Positions 48,294 to 56,729 of a DNA stretch of 64,000 nt are shown here, one piece after another. The DNA is taken from the sequence record PP274704.1; one strand, 5' to 3'. The translations under genes and the position numbers were made by a program. Source of the stretch: Escherichia phage ECp13. The notes below the pieces were generated by a model, which was not told where the DNA came from, did no database searches, and saw nothing but the letters and a program-made list of their open reading frames with translations. The stretch's first letter is position 1. The number at the start of each line of letters is the position of its first letter.

Positions 48294-48323
48294 GTTTACT
48301 TTCTCCTAGAATTGTGATAGTAT
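48294..48323 (+). promoter_or_regulatory. early sigma70-type promoter for denV
   Basis: GTTTAC (48294-48299), 18 bp, TAGTAT (48318-48323); 25 nt upstream of denV ATG. Confidence 0.55.
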
Positions 48324-48348
48324 ATTAACAGTTACTTGGAGGGATAAA

Positions 48349-48765
48349 ATGACTCGTATTAATTTGACTTTAGTATCTGAACTTGCTGATCAACATTTAA
48401 TCGCAGAATACCGTGAACTGCCGCGTGTTTTTGGTATAGTTCGTAAACATGTTGCAAATGGTAAGCGGGTTAAAGATTTTAAAATATCTTCCGAGTTTAT
48501 TTTAGGTTCTGGTCATGTCACGTTCTTTTACGATAAGTTAGAATTTTTGCGAAAGCGTCAATCAGACATTATAACGGAATGCTTAAAACGTGGGTTCAGT
48601 ATAAAAGATACTGAAGTTCCTGACATCAGCGATATTCCAGCAGAATGGAAAAATGATTATAATCCATGCAAATCAGCTATTAAATTGAGCCAACAACGAC
48701 TCGATGAAAAAATTTTAATGAAGCCATACTGGTATAAATACTACGGTAAAACTATTTACATTTAA
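48349..48765 (+). CDS. denV: endonuclease V (pyrimidine dimer DNA glycosylase)
   Basis: 138-aa [31 protein letters not shown]...; length and sequence recognised as T4 endonuclease V. Confidence 0.92.
   Translation: MTRINLTLVSELADQHLIAEYRELPRVFGIVRKHVANGKRVKDFKISSEFILGSGHVTFFYDKLEFLRKRQSDIITECLKRGFSIKDTEVPDISDIPAEWKNDYNPCKSAIKLSQQRLDEKILMKPYWYKYYGKTIYI
48733..48740 (+). promoter_or_regulatory. late promoter (TATAAATA) inside 3' end of denV, serving the downstream IP gene
   Basis: TATAAATA 35 nt upstream of the IP ATG at 48775. Confidence 0.55.
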
Positions 48766-48774
48766 AGGAAACAC

Positions 48775-49248
48775 ATGAAAACATATCAAGAATTTATCAC
48801 TGAAGCAGCTATTAATTCTCAAATTATCGCTGAATCTTTTATTGATCTTTTGAAATTTAAAAAAGGTCAAAAAATCACTGCTGTATTGGATGATGGTACA
48901 GAAGTTGAGATGGATGTACAGGGATATAATTATGCAGTAGATGGAAAACTGTATAATAAATCTCATGCTAAATTTGATTCATTTGACGATTTTGTTAATA
49001 CAGTTGAAGATGAAAAAACTCGTAGATCCATTGCAACTGGCGACGCTAAGGTTCTTATGGCACATGGTCATGAACGTATCCGCGCGAAGCAGAATAAAAT
49101 GGGTGAAGATAATTTTGCATTAGTTGGTTATCAATCTGGTAAACAAACTTATGGTTATCAGCGTACTGCTACCATGTATAACAAAAATGGTAAAATCGCT
49201 TTCGTGAATAGCAAAGGTTCTATTCAGTACGTCAAATCATTCAAATAA
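48775..49248 (+). CDS. internal protein (IPII/IPIII-type) with canonical capsid targeting sequence
   Basis: 157-aa ORF starting MKTYQEFITE-A, matching the T4 IP targeting sequence and gp21 cleavage site. Confidence 0.75.
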   Translation: MKTYQEFITEAAINSQIIAESFIDLLKFKKGQKITAVLDDGTEVEMDVQGYNYAVDGKLYNKSHAKFDSFDDFVNTVEDEKTRRSIATGDAKVLMAHGHERIRAKQNKMGEDNFALVGYQSGKQTYGYQRTATMYNKNGKIAFVNSKGSIQYVKSFK

Positions 49249-49401
49249 GCAAATAAGAAATATGGGAACAAGCTGGACCTCATGATTCTATGAGGGATTC
49301 CCGCCAACCTGTAATAAGGTCGAGCCCGAGTGCGGTAATGGGTAAATACAGAAATGGACAATTCATGCGCCATGGAATGGCCCAAATTTAGAGAGAATAA
49401 A

Positions 49402-49941
49402 ATGAGAACATTTTTAACTGGTCCTTATCTATCCCTGATGAATGCTTTTACATACCATTCTGATGCTAGAGTAGAAGAAATTTGTAAAAACGATTATATC
49501 CTACCATTTGAAGACTTACTCAAACAGTATTGCACACTTCGACTAGATGGTGGACGTCAATCCGGTAAATCAACTGCTGTGACTAACTTTGCTGCTAATT
49601 GGCTGTATGATGGTGGAACAGTTATTGTTCTTTCTAATACTTCAGCTTACGCTAAAATTTCTGCAGGCCACATTAAAAAAGAATTTTCTCGTTATTCTAG
49701 TGACGATATTCGATTCCGCTTATTTACTGATTCTGTCCGTAGTTTTGTTGGTAATAGAGGCAGCAAGTTCAGAGGTTTATCGCTTTCGCGGATTTTGTAT
49801 ATAATCGATGAGCCGGTTAAATCTCCCGATATGGATAAAATTTACGATATTCATATTGAAACTGTACAATACTGTTGCAATAGTAAATGTTGCACTGGTG
49901 GTATTACTCGTCCGCAGTTTTTCGTAATCGGAATGCAATGA
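49402..49941 (+). CDS. small P-loop NTPase
   Basis: 179 aa from ATG 49402 (RBS AGAGAGA); Walker A GGRQSGKST and Walker B-like LYIIDEP. Confidence 0.55.
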   Translation: MRTFLTGPYLSLMNAFTYHSDARVEEICKNDYILPFEDLLKQYCTLRLDGGRQSGKSTAVTNFAANWLYDGGTVIVLSNTSAYAKISAGHIKKEFSRYSSDDIRFRLFTDSVRSFVGNRGSKFRGLSLSRILYIIDEPVKSPDMDKIYDIHIETVQYCCNSKCCTGGITRPQFFVIGMQ

Positions 49942-50267
49942 TGACAGACACACAGCTTTTCGAATATCTTTATTTTTCGCCAAAAACTATTAAAAATAAA
50001 TTGGTGAATCATTTTGAAATTTTGGCAAATAACAACGTCTTGAGCGAATTTTATCCTAAGCAATACAAATTACAAAAAGGTGTATTCAAAGGATGCAGAG
50101 TTTTGTGTACTGCTCCTAATGCAAGATTAATGAATAAAATTCCATATTTTACCATGGAATTTATTGATGGACCTTTTAAAGGACTAATCACCCAAAGTTT
50201 AATGGCATATGATTCTGAGCCATTTTTAATTAAAGAACAGTCTTGGATAAATTTATTTTCTAATTGA
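49938..50267 (+). CDS. hypothetical protein
   Basis: 109 aa from ATG 49938 (ATGA overlap with upstream stop). Confidence 0.5.
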   Translation: MMTDTQLFEYLYFSPKTIKNKLVNHFEILANNNVLSEFYPKQYKLQKGVFKGCRVLCTAPNARLMNKIPYFTMEFIDGPFKGLITQSLMAYDSEPFLIKEQSWINLFSN

Positions 50268-50273
50268 GGTTAT

Positions 50274-50636
50274 ATGAAAGCATATCAAATTCTTGAAGGC
50301 ACACATAAAGGTACTATTTATTTTGAAGATGGTATTCAAGCACGAATTATTGTTTCTAAAACCTTTAAAGAGGACTCTTTTGTAGACCCAGAAATTTTCT
50401 ACGGTTTGCACACCCGTGAAATTGAAATTGAACCACAGCCTACAGTTAAAATTGAAGGTGGTCAGCACCTGAACGTTAACGTTCTGCGTCGTGAAACTCT
50501 GGAAGATGCAGTTAAGCATCCGGAAAAATATCCGCAGCTGACCATCCGTGTATCCGGTTATGCAGTTCGCTTTAACTCTCTGACTCCGGAACAGCAGCGC
50601 GACGTTATCGCTCGTACCTTTACTGAGAGCTTGTAA
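50274..50636 (+). CDS. autonomous glycyl-radical cofactor (GrcA/YfiD-like)
   Basis: 120-aa ORF; C-terminal half carries the glycyl-radical motif [25 protein letters not shown] and matches E. coli GrcA as recalled; T4 encodes a homolog (Y06I) between regB and denV; 3' half uses host-like codons (CTG, CGT, CCG). Confidence 0.8.
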   Translation: MKAYQILEGTHKGTIYFEDGIQARIIVSKTFKEDSFVDPEIFYGLHTREIEIEPQPTVKIEGGQHLNVNVLRRETLEDAVKHPEKYPQLTIRVSGYAVRFNSLTPEQQRDVIARTFTESL

Positions 50637-50857
50637 TGGCAAAGATAATTATTGAAGGTTCTAAAGATGTGTTAAATGCTTTCGCCGAATGGTTTAGTAA
50701 TTCAGGCGAACAGCAATTTAATGAAGCGTGGACCATGGGTGATATTGATGGAATTTATCCTACGACAGAAATTTCTGTTCAAGGATATGGCATTCATGAA
50801 CCTATTCGTTTAGTTGAATATGATTTATGTACTGGTGAGGAAGTCAAATATGATTGA
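50636..50857 (+). CDS. hypothetical protein
   Basis: 73-aa ORF, ATGA-type coupling to upstream gene. Confidence 0.5.
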   Translation: MAKIIIEGSKDVLNAFAEWFSNSGEQQFNEAWTMGDIDGIYPTTEISVQGYGIHEPIRLVEYDLCTGEEVKYD

Positions 50858-51116
50858 AGATATTAAAGGTTATAAGCCACATACTGAAGAGAAAATTGGT
50901 AAAGTGAATGCTATCAAAGATGCTGAAGTTCGTTTAGGACTTATCTTTGACGCTTTATACGATGAATTCTGGGAAGCACTGGATAATTGTGAAGACTGTG
51001 AATTCGCGAAGAATTATGCTGAAAGCCTCGATCAGTTAACTATTGCTAAAACGAAACTCAAAGAAGCCAGTATGTGGGCTTGTCGTGCTGTGTTCCAACC
51101 AGAGGAAAAATATTAA
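50850..51116 (+). CDS. hypothetical protein
   Basis: 88 aa from ATG 50850 (RBS GAGGAAG). Confidence 0.5.
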   Translation: MIEDIKGYKPHTEEKIGKVNAIKDAEVRLGLIFDALYDEFWEALDNCEDCEFAKNYAESLDQLTIAKTKLKEASMWACRAVFQPEEKY

Positions 51117-51394
51117 TGGCTCAATTAAGCGCAGGGTTTGGTTATGAGTATTATACTGCCCCTCGTCGTGTATCTGTTGCTCCTAAGAAAATTCAAAGTC
51201 TTGATGACTTCCAGGAAGTAGTCCGTAAAGCTTTCCAGGACTATGCGCGTTATCTTAAAGAAGATTCACAGGACTGTCTAGAAGAAGATGAAATTGCTTA
51301 CTATGAGCAGCGTCTTGAACAGCTTAAAAACCTACATGAGGTTCGTGCAGAAGTTACAAAGTCTATGAATAAATTGATTAGATTTAAAGAATAA
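51116..51394 (+). CDS. hypothetical protein
   Basis: 92 aa from ATG 51116 (RBS AGAGGA; TAATG overlap). Confidence 0.5.
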   Translation: MAQLSAGFGYEYYTAPRRVSVAPKKIQSLDDFQEVVRKAFQDYARYLKEDSQDCLEEDEIAYYEQRLEQLKNLHEVRAEVTKSMNKLIRFKE

Positions 51395-51396
51395 CT

Positions 51397-51426
51397 GTTT
51401 ACTTTTCCTCTTGACTGTGGTATAAT
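51397..51426 (+). promoter_or_regulatory. early sigma70-type promoter for regB
   Basis: GTTTAC (51397-51402), 18 bp, TGG-TATAAT (51421-51426). Confidence 0.65.
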
Positions 51427-51453
51427 TTTTCTATCAGTTAAGAGGAGAATAAC

Positions 51454-51915
51454 ATGACTATCAATACAGAAGTTTTTATCCGTCGAAATAAGCTTCGTCG
51501 TCACTTTGAGTCGGAGTTTCGTCAAATTAACAATGAGATTCGTGAGGCATCAAAAGCAGCAGGAGTCTCATCGTTTCATCTAAAATATTCTCAGCATCTT
51601 CTTGATCGTGCAATTCAACGGGAGATTGATGAGACATATGTTTTTGAATTATTCCACAAAATAAAAGACCATGTTTTAGAAGTTAATGAATTCCTGAGTA
51701 TGCCTCCGCGTCCTGATATTGACGAGGATTTTATTGATGGGGTTGAATATCGTCCTGGACGTTTAGAAATCACAGATGGAAATCTTTGGCTTGGATTTAC
51801 GGTTTGTAAACCTAATGCGAAGTTCAAAGACCCGTCGCTTCAATGTAGGATGGCAATTATCAACAGTCGTCGTTTACCAGGAAAGGCTTCTAAAGCAGTA
51901 ATTAAAACTCAATGA
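51454..51915 (+). CDS. regB: RegB sequence-specific endoribonuclease
   Basis: 153-aa ORF MTINTEVFIRRNKLRRHFESEFRQINNEIREASK...; length and sequence recognised as T4 RegB. Confidence 0.9.
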   Translation: MTINTEVFIRRNKLRRHFESEFRQINNEIREASKAAGVSSFHLKYSQHLLDRAIQREIDETYVFELFHKIKDHVLEVNEFLSMPPRPDIDEDFIDGVEYRPGRLEITDGNLWLGFTVCKPNAKFKDPSLQCRMAIINSRRLPGKASKAVIKTQ

Positions 51916-51922
51916 GGTAAGC

Positions 51923-52468
51923 ATGAGAAAAGCACTACTCGCTGGTCTATTGGCCATTTCTATGATGGCACATAGCTCCGAGCATACTTTCAGTAATGTC
52001 CAACTCGATAACATGCGTTACGCATATCAATTCGGGGAACAATTTTCTAAGGATGGAAAATATAAAACACACAAAAATATCCACAAGAGCGGATTAGGTC
52101 ATATAATGGCTGCTATTTTATGGCAAGAAAGCTCTGCCGGAGTTAATTTAAAATCTAAACCAAAGCATCATGCCTACGGAATGTTCCAAAATTATTTGCC
52201 GACCATGCGAGCAAGAGTTAAGGAACTTGGTTATAATATGACCGATGCTGAAATAAAAAGAATGTTGAATAAACGGTCCAATTCAGCTTCCTGGGCGTAC
52301 ATTGAACTTTCTTATTGGTTAAATATACATAAGGGAGATATAAGAAAGGCGATATCCTCTTATAATTCGGGATGGAACGTTAAAGCAGGTTCTAAATATG
52401 CTTCTGAAGTCCTAGAAAAGGCTAATTACCTTAAAAATAATAAACTTTTGGAAATAGTAAATGACTAA
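51923..52468 (+). CDS. secreted lytic-transglycosylase-like protein (positional equivalent of T4 vs.1)
   Basis: 181-aa ORF with signal peptide (MRKALLAGLLAISMMAHS) and SLT-like motifs (WQESS...YGMFQ...YNSG). Confidence 0.65.
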   Translation: MRKALLAGLLAISMMAHSSEHTFSNVQLDNMRYAYQFGEQFSKDGKYKTHKNIHKSGLGHIMAAILWQESSAGVNLKSKPKHHAYGMFQNYLPTMRARVKELGYNMTDAEIKRMLNKRSNSASWAYIELSYWLNIHKGDIRKAISSYNSGWNVKAGSKYASEVLEKANYLKNNKLLEIVND

Positions 52469-52802
52469 AATTTTGGTTTTATGTATAGGATTAATTTCAT
52501 TTTCTGCGTTAGCAGATACATCATATACTGAAATTAGAGAGTATGTAAATCGTACTGCCGCGGATTATTGCGGGAAAAATAAAGCATGCCAAGCTGAATT
52601 TGCACAGAAATTAATATATGCATATAAAGACGGAGAAAGAGATAAATCAAGCAGATATAAAAATGATACATTGTTAAAACGATATGCTAAAAAATGGAAT
52701 ACCTTAGAATGTTCAGTTGCGGAGGAGAAAGATAAAGCCGCTTGTCATTCAATGGTTGACCGTTTGGTAGATTCTTATAATCGAGGATTGAGTACTAGAT
52801 GA
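52461..52802 (+). CDS. small secreted protein (positional equivalent of T4 vs)
   Basis: 113-aa ORF with N-terminal signal peptide and four Cys residues. Confidence 0.55.
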   Translation: MTKILVLCIGLISFSALADTSYTEIREYVNRTAADYCGKNKACQAEFAQKLIYAYKDGERDKSSRYKNDTLLKRYAKKWNTLECSVAEEKDKAACHSMVDRLVDSYNRGLSTR

Positions 52803-53278
52803 TTGTAAAATATATCAAGGGCGATATTGTCGCCCTATTTCTTCAAGGTAATATTATTGCGCACGGGTGTAATTGCTTCCACACAATGGGCTCTGGCGTA
52901 GCGGGTCAATTAGCAAGAGCCTATCCCAAAATTTTAGAAATAGATAAAACTACTACCGAGTACGGTTCTCGCGATAAATTAGGCGATATGTCTGTTGTTT
53001 TTAAACATAGTCCTACGGGATTTGGTATATGCTATAATTTGTATACGCAATACGAACCGGGTCCTAATCTTGATTATGGTGCTTTAGTAAACTGCATGAT
53101 AGAATTAAATCTACAGGCAGAAACCCTTTTGTTTAAACCAGTAATTTACATTCCACGCATAGGTTGCGGTATTGCTGGTGGTGATTGGGACAAGGTTTCT
53201 AAATTAATCGACATGTTTACTCCTGATATTGATTTAATAGTGGTGGATTATGAAAGTACATTACCCGCATCCGTTTGA
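52799..53278 (+). CDS. macro-domain protein (predicted ADP-ribose binding or hydrolase)
   Basis: 159-aa ORF; macro-domain signature elements KGDI..., NIIAHGCNCFHTMGSGVAGQL, IPRIGCGIAGGDW. Confidence 0.65.
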   Translation: MIVKYIKGDIVALFLQGNIIAHGCNCFHTMGSGVAGQLARAYPKILEIDKTTTEYGSRDKLGDMSVVFKHSPTGFGICYNLYTQYEPGPNLDYGALVNCMIELNLQAETLLFKPVIYIPRIGCGIAGGDWDKVSKLIDMFTPDIDLIVVDYESTLPASV

Positions 53279-53462
53279 TCCTAAAAACAGAGTGGAAATT
53301 ATTCGTCAATGGGAACGCATTTGCCGTACTAAATGCCCAATTAATAGTCCACATGATGTAAATAAAGACTATATTGGAACATTCGTTGAATATACCTTTA
53401 TTGATAAGAAAGGTCGTAAACAGCACGTAGAAGAATATTGCTTAAAGGTTACATGGTTATGA
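53250..53462 (+). CDS. hypothetical protein
   Basis: 70-aa ORF overlapping the macro-domain gene 3' end. Confidence 0.45.
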   Translation: MKVHYPHPFDPKNRVEIIRQWERICRTKCPINSPHDVNKDYIGTFVEYTFIDKKGRKQHVEEYCLKVTWL

Positions 53463-53665
53463 GCCAAACTAGTATTCTTAAAAATGCACACTGCGAAAAG
53501 TGTGAATGGCCAGTTGTTTTTGCTTTATGTAATGATGAAATGGCTTGTGATTTCGATTATTGGTGCTATTGTTCTAATAAAGGATGCATCAATCATAAAG
53601 GTGAAGGATTTTATTCGGGATTTTATCCTTATCCTGATTTCGTTAAAGAAGGTAAACCGAAATGA
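53453..53665 (+). CDS. small Cys-rich protein (putative zinc-binding)
   Basis: About 70 aa with 10 Cys (CEKCEW...CNDEMACDFDYWCYCSNKGC); start at 53453 or 53459. Confidence 0.5.
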   Translation: MVMSQTSILKNAHCEKCEWPVVFALCNDEMACDFDYWCYCSNKGCINHKGEGFYSGFYPYPDFVKEGKPK

Positions 53666-53835
53666 ATAGTTTTGAGTTACAATATGAAGTGTTACGTGAA
53701 CTTGATAATTTAATTGAACTCGCTGTTAATAAAGGTTTTGCCATTGGAATCGGTCAAAAAGATACTGATCATTTAACTATGGAAATATTTAAGCAAAAGC
53801 GAATTATTTTAAAACTCCTGGAAATTAATATATGA
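53662..53835 (+). CDS. small hypothetical protein
   Basis: 57-aa ORF (below track cutoff) with ATGA coupling at both ends. Confidence 0.4.
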   Translation: MNSFELQYEVLRELDNLIELAVNKGFAIGIGQKDTDHLTMEIFKQKRIILKLLEINI

Positions 53836-54017
53836 GTCTGAGTAAAGAACAAAAAGATAAATTGTTTGAGCTTATCCATGAACTTCTAGATGAGCATACA
53901 GAAGCAAACACCTTTTATGATGAATACGGTCCGCTATCTCCCGAACAGCAAGAAGAATTTGCTGATCGGTTTGATAAGAAAGAAAATGAATTAATAGCTT
54001 ATGTGAATACGCTTTAA
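53832..54017 (+). CDS. small acidic helical protein (member of a repeated ~60-aa family)
   Basis: 61-aa ORF MSLSKEQKDKLFELIHELL... Confidence 0.5.
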   Translation: MSLSKEQKDKLFELIHELLDEHTEANTFYDEYGPLSPEQQEEFADRFDKKENELIAYVNTL

Positions 54018-54026
54018 GAAGGTGAT

Positions 54027-54608
54027 ATGGCGAGTTTAATTTTTACTTATGCAGCAATGAATGCTGGAAAATCTGCTTCTCTTTTGACTGCTGCGCATAA
54101 TTATAAAGAACGCGGAATGGGTGTATTAGTTCTTAAGCCTGCTATTGATACTCGCGATTCTGTCTGTGAAGTCGTTTCTCGCATTGGAATTAAACAGGAA
54201 GCGAATATTATTACGGATGATATGGATATTTTTGAGTTCTATAAATGGGCTGAAGCACAAAAAGATATTCATTGCGTATTTGTAGATGAAGCTCAGTTTT
54301 TAAAAACTGAACAGGTGCATCAATTAAGCCGAATTGTTGATACATATAATGTTCCTGTTATGGCTTATGGGCTAAGGACCGATTTCGCTGGAAAATTATT
54401 TGAAGGTTCTAAAGAACTTTTGGCGATTGCAGATAAACTTATTGAACTAAAAGCAGTTTGTCATTGCGGTAAAAAAGCGATTATGACAGCTCGATTAATG
54501 GAAGATGGAACACCAGTTAAAGAAGGCAATCAAATCTGTATTGGTGATGAAATTTATGTTTCTTTGTGTAGAAAACATTGGAATGAATTAACTAAAAAGC
54601 TCGGTTAG
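54027..54608 (+). CDS. tk: thymidine kinase
   Basis: 193-aa ORF with P-loop (AMNAGKS) and C-terminal Cys cluster; T4 Tk length. Confidence 0.92.
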   Translation: MASLIFTYAAMNAGKSASLLTAAHNYKERGMGVLVLKPAIDTRDSVCEVVSRIGIKQEANIITDDMDIFEFYKWAEAQKDIHCVFVDEAQFLKTEQVHQLSRIVDTYNVPVMAYGLRTDFAGKLFEGSKELLAIADKLIELKAVCHCGKKAIMTARLMEDGTPVKEGNQICIGDEIYVSLCRKHWNELTKKLG

Positions 54609-54650
54609 TGCAAAAGTTATAAATAGGTTTATCTAACTAAAGGGGTATAT

Positions 54651-54863
54651 ATGCTACAATTAACTGAAAAGCAACTTCGCAATCTTACTGTTCTTCAATT
54701 AGATGAAATTCGTAGGGAAGTTGGAAATATCATTTCAGCTTTGCGTCGAGAAGTATCACTCAACCAATCTCCGGCAGACTATACTAGATTGCGAAATTTT
54801 GAAAAATACCTTGATAAAGTTAAGGCCGTGCATCGGCATAAAGTAAATACAGGACAAAAATGA
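54651..54863 (+). CDS. rI.-1: small protein, positional equivalent of T4 rI.-1
   Basis: 70-aa ORF between tk and rI. Confidence 0.6.
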
Positions 54864-54875
54864 TAGGAGGCCTTT

Positions 54876-55169
54876 ATGGCCTTAAAAGCAACGGCACTAT
54901 TTGCCATGCTAGGATTAGCGTTTGCTTTATCTCCACCAATTGAAGCGAATGTCGATCCTCATTTTGATAAATTTATGGAATCTGGTATTAGACACGTTTA
55001 TATGCTTTTTGAAAATAAAAGCGTAGAATCATCTGAACAGTTCTATAGTTTTATGCGAACGACTTATAAAAATGACCCGTGTTCTTCCGATTTTGAATGT
55101 ATAGAGCGAGGCGCGGAGATGGCACAATCATACGCTAGAATTATGAACATTAAATTGGAGACTGAATGA
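54876..55169 (+). CDS. rI: lysis inhibition regulator RI
   Basis: 97-aa ORF with N-terminal signal-anchor (MALKATALFAMLGLAFALSPPIEA); T4 RI length. Confidence 0.88.
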   Translation: MALKATALFAMLGLAFALSPPIEANVDPHFDKFMESGIRHVYMLFENKSVESSEQFYSFMRTTYKNDPCSSDFECIERGAEMAQSYARIMNIKLETE

Positions 55170-55552
55170 AATTCAGCGACTTTTCACAAAGTGGAAAACC
55201 TTCAAAGGCAGATGAATACTTAGGTTTATTAATGGCTGCACAAGCTTATTTTCATTCTGCACATTTTGAAACTAAAAGTTATGCTAGACACAAAGCATAC
55301 GATTTTATTTTCTCTGAGTTGCCAGATTTGATTGATAAATTTGGTGAGCAATATTTGGGGTATTCTGGTAGAAAATACACGCCTTCTATTCCAGATGCCA
55401 GTAAACTTCCTACCGACACAATTAAAATGATTGATCGCATACTAGACCAATCTAACAGCATTTATAAAGAAATGCCTCCAGCCATTCAAAGCACGATAGA
55501 TGATATTACTGGGATGTTTTACCAGAGTAAATATCTTCTTTCCCTCGAATAA
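55166..55552 (+). CDS. rI.1: hypothetical protein, positional equivalent of T4 rI.1
   Basis: 128-aa ORF overlapping rI stop. Confidence 0.6.
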   Translation: MKFSDFSQSGKPSKADEYLGLLMAAQAYFHSAHFETKSYARHKAYDFIFSELPDLIDKFGEQYLGYSGRKYTPSIPDASKLPTDTIKMIDRILDQSNSIYKEMPPAIQSTIDDITGMFYQSKYLLSLE

Positions 55553-55556
55553 CATT

Positions 55557-55580
55557 AGTCTCCTTCGGGAGACTTTTTTC
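55557..55580 (+). terminator. intrinsic terminator after rI.1
   Basis: AGTCTCC-ttcg-GGAGACT hairpin followed by TTTTTT. Confidence 0.7.
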
Positions 55581-55589
55581 ATTTTACCG

Positions 55590-55619
55590 GTTTACTTTCC
55601 ATTTGAGCTGTGATACTAT
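55590..55619 (+). promoter_or_regulatory. early sigma70-type promoter
   Basis: GTTTAC (55590-55595), 18 bp, TACTAT (55614-55619). Confidence 0.6.
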
Positions 55620-55647
55620 ACAACCATCGGATAAAGAGGAGAACATC

Positions 55648-55836
55648 ATGAAAATTGAAGCACTCAATCAAGAAGGAAATATCTACGTCATCATTAATGG
55701 TGATTTTTTCGTCAACATGGATGAAGTTACTAGTGAAGAACTTGTAGAACTTCTTAAGAAACGCTATAGTATGTGTGATGAAGCTGCGACTCATATGGCG
55801 TGTGCAATATTTTCTCTTTCATATGTGGTGGAATAA
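55648..55836 (+). CDS. small hypothetical protein
   Basis: 62 aa from ATG 55648 (RBS AAGAGGAG). Confidence 0.5.
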   Translation: MKIEALNQEGNIYVIINGDFFVNMDEVTSEELVELLKKRYSMCDEAATHMACAIFSLSYVVE

Positions 55837-56018
55837 TGATTAGTATTGAACAAGCAGATAAAATTAAAGAATTGGTAGCTTTAATTCGCAAAGCAGATGA
55901 GGAACGCATTAACTTTGCCTTATCAGGTATTGAAGAATTTGAAGCTAAAGTTGATAATGCTTTAGAAGCGTTAGATATGTTTCTTGATGAAATTATCGAT
56001 CATAATACGAGAGTTTAA
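55836..56018 (+). CDS. small helical protein (repeated ~60-aa family)
   Basis: 60 aa from ATG 55836 (TAATG overlap), [17 protein letters not shown]... Confidence 0.5.
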   Translation: MISIEQADKIKELVALIRKADEERINFALSGIEEFEAKVDNALEALDMFLDEIIDHNTRV

Positions 56019-56020
56019 GT

Positions 56021-56215
56021 ATGCTAACACGTGAACAGTTTGAAAAAATCATTAAATTAGCACGTGATGTTGAAATAGATTCATACCAATTGGCAGTTGA
56101 GCATTGTGAAGGATACTCATACGATGGTATAGAAGCAGCTAAAAAGGATTTGGATAAATCCAAAGCTAAGTTAGTTCAATATCTTGAAATGATTAGGTGG
56201 AATAATGAAAACTGA
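56021..56215 (+). CDS. small helical protein (repeated ~60-aa family)
   Basis: 64-aa ORF MLTREQFEKIIKLARDV... Confidence 0.5.
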   Translation: MLTREQFEKIIKLARDVEIDSYQLAVEHCEGYSYDGIEAAKKDLDKSKAKLVQYLEMIRWNNEN

Positions 56216-56378
56216 AAAGCAGATGTTTTTAATGAAGCTAATTGAAGAATATGCTAATGCAGTTTCTGACTATGAGTATTCTGCTAGGGAAAGAGGTACA
56301 GCTTTCGCAAAGGAAGAAATGAAAATCATGGTTGATGCTCACACAAAGCTTCAGAATTTTATTGAAAACGTCATTTAA
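56205..56378 (+). CDS. small helical protein (repeated ~60-aa family)
   Basis: 57-aa ORF (below track cutoff), MKTEKQMFLMKLIEEYANAV...; RBS AGGTGG. Confidence 0.45.
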   Translation: MKTEKQMFLMKLIEEYANAVSDYEYSARERGTAFAKEEMKIMVDAHTKLQNFIENVI

Positions 56379-56380
56379 TT

Positions 56381-56410
56381 GTTTACAAGTTGGCAAGGTT
56401 ATGGTATAGT
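56381..56410 (+). promoter_or_regulatory. early sigma70-type promoter
   Basis: GTTTAC (56381-56386), 18 bp, TATAGT (56405-56410). Confidence 0.55.
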
Positions 56411-56542
56411 AATCTTGTCAACTGCCAAGGAGAAGAGAATGAAAGTTTTGTTTGTTGTGTATGTGATGATTCAATATAATTATCCAATGTTTACTTATAA
56501 TCTGGTGAACAACATTATTGATATTATTCAAAGGAGTATGTA

Positions 56543-56728
56543 ATGACAAGTGAGCAGGCTTTTAAATTAAGAGAATTAATTGAGATGTATAGTAAAGCTG
56601 TTCATACATCAACAGTTATTGATGAATCAGCTTTCTCTGGATATGCTAACAAGATTAAATATAAAACTCTTATGGAAGAAGCTAAAGTAAATCTTGATTC
56701 TTATATTGAAACTTTAATTGGTGAATAA
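56543..56728 (+). CDS. small helical protein (repeated ~60-aa family)
   Basis: 61-aa ORF MTSEQAFKLRELIEMYSKAV... Confidence 0.5.
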   Translation: MTSEQAFKLRELIEMYSKAVHTSTVIDESAFSGYANKIKYKTLMEEAKVNLDSYIETLIGE

Positions 56729-56729
56729 T

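Noticed and set aside
49250-49400. 150-bp GC-richer intergenic stretch after the internal-protein gene as a possible intron or RNA gene
   Set aside because: Too short for a group I intron and no convincing conserved structure or tRNA arms by eye; left unannotated.
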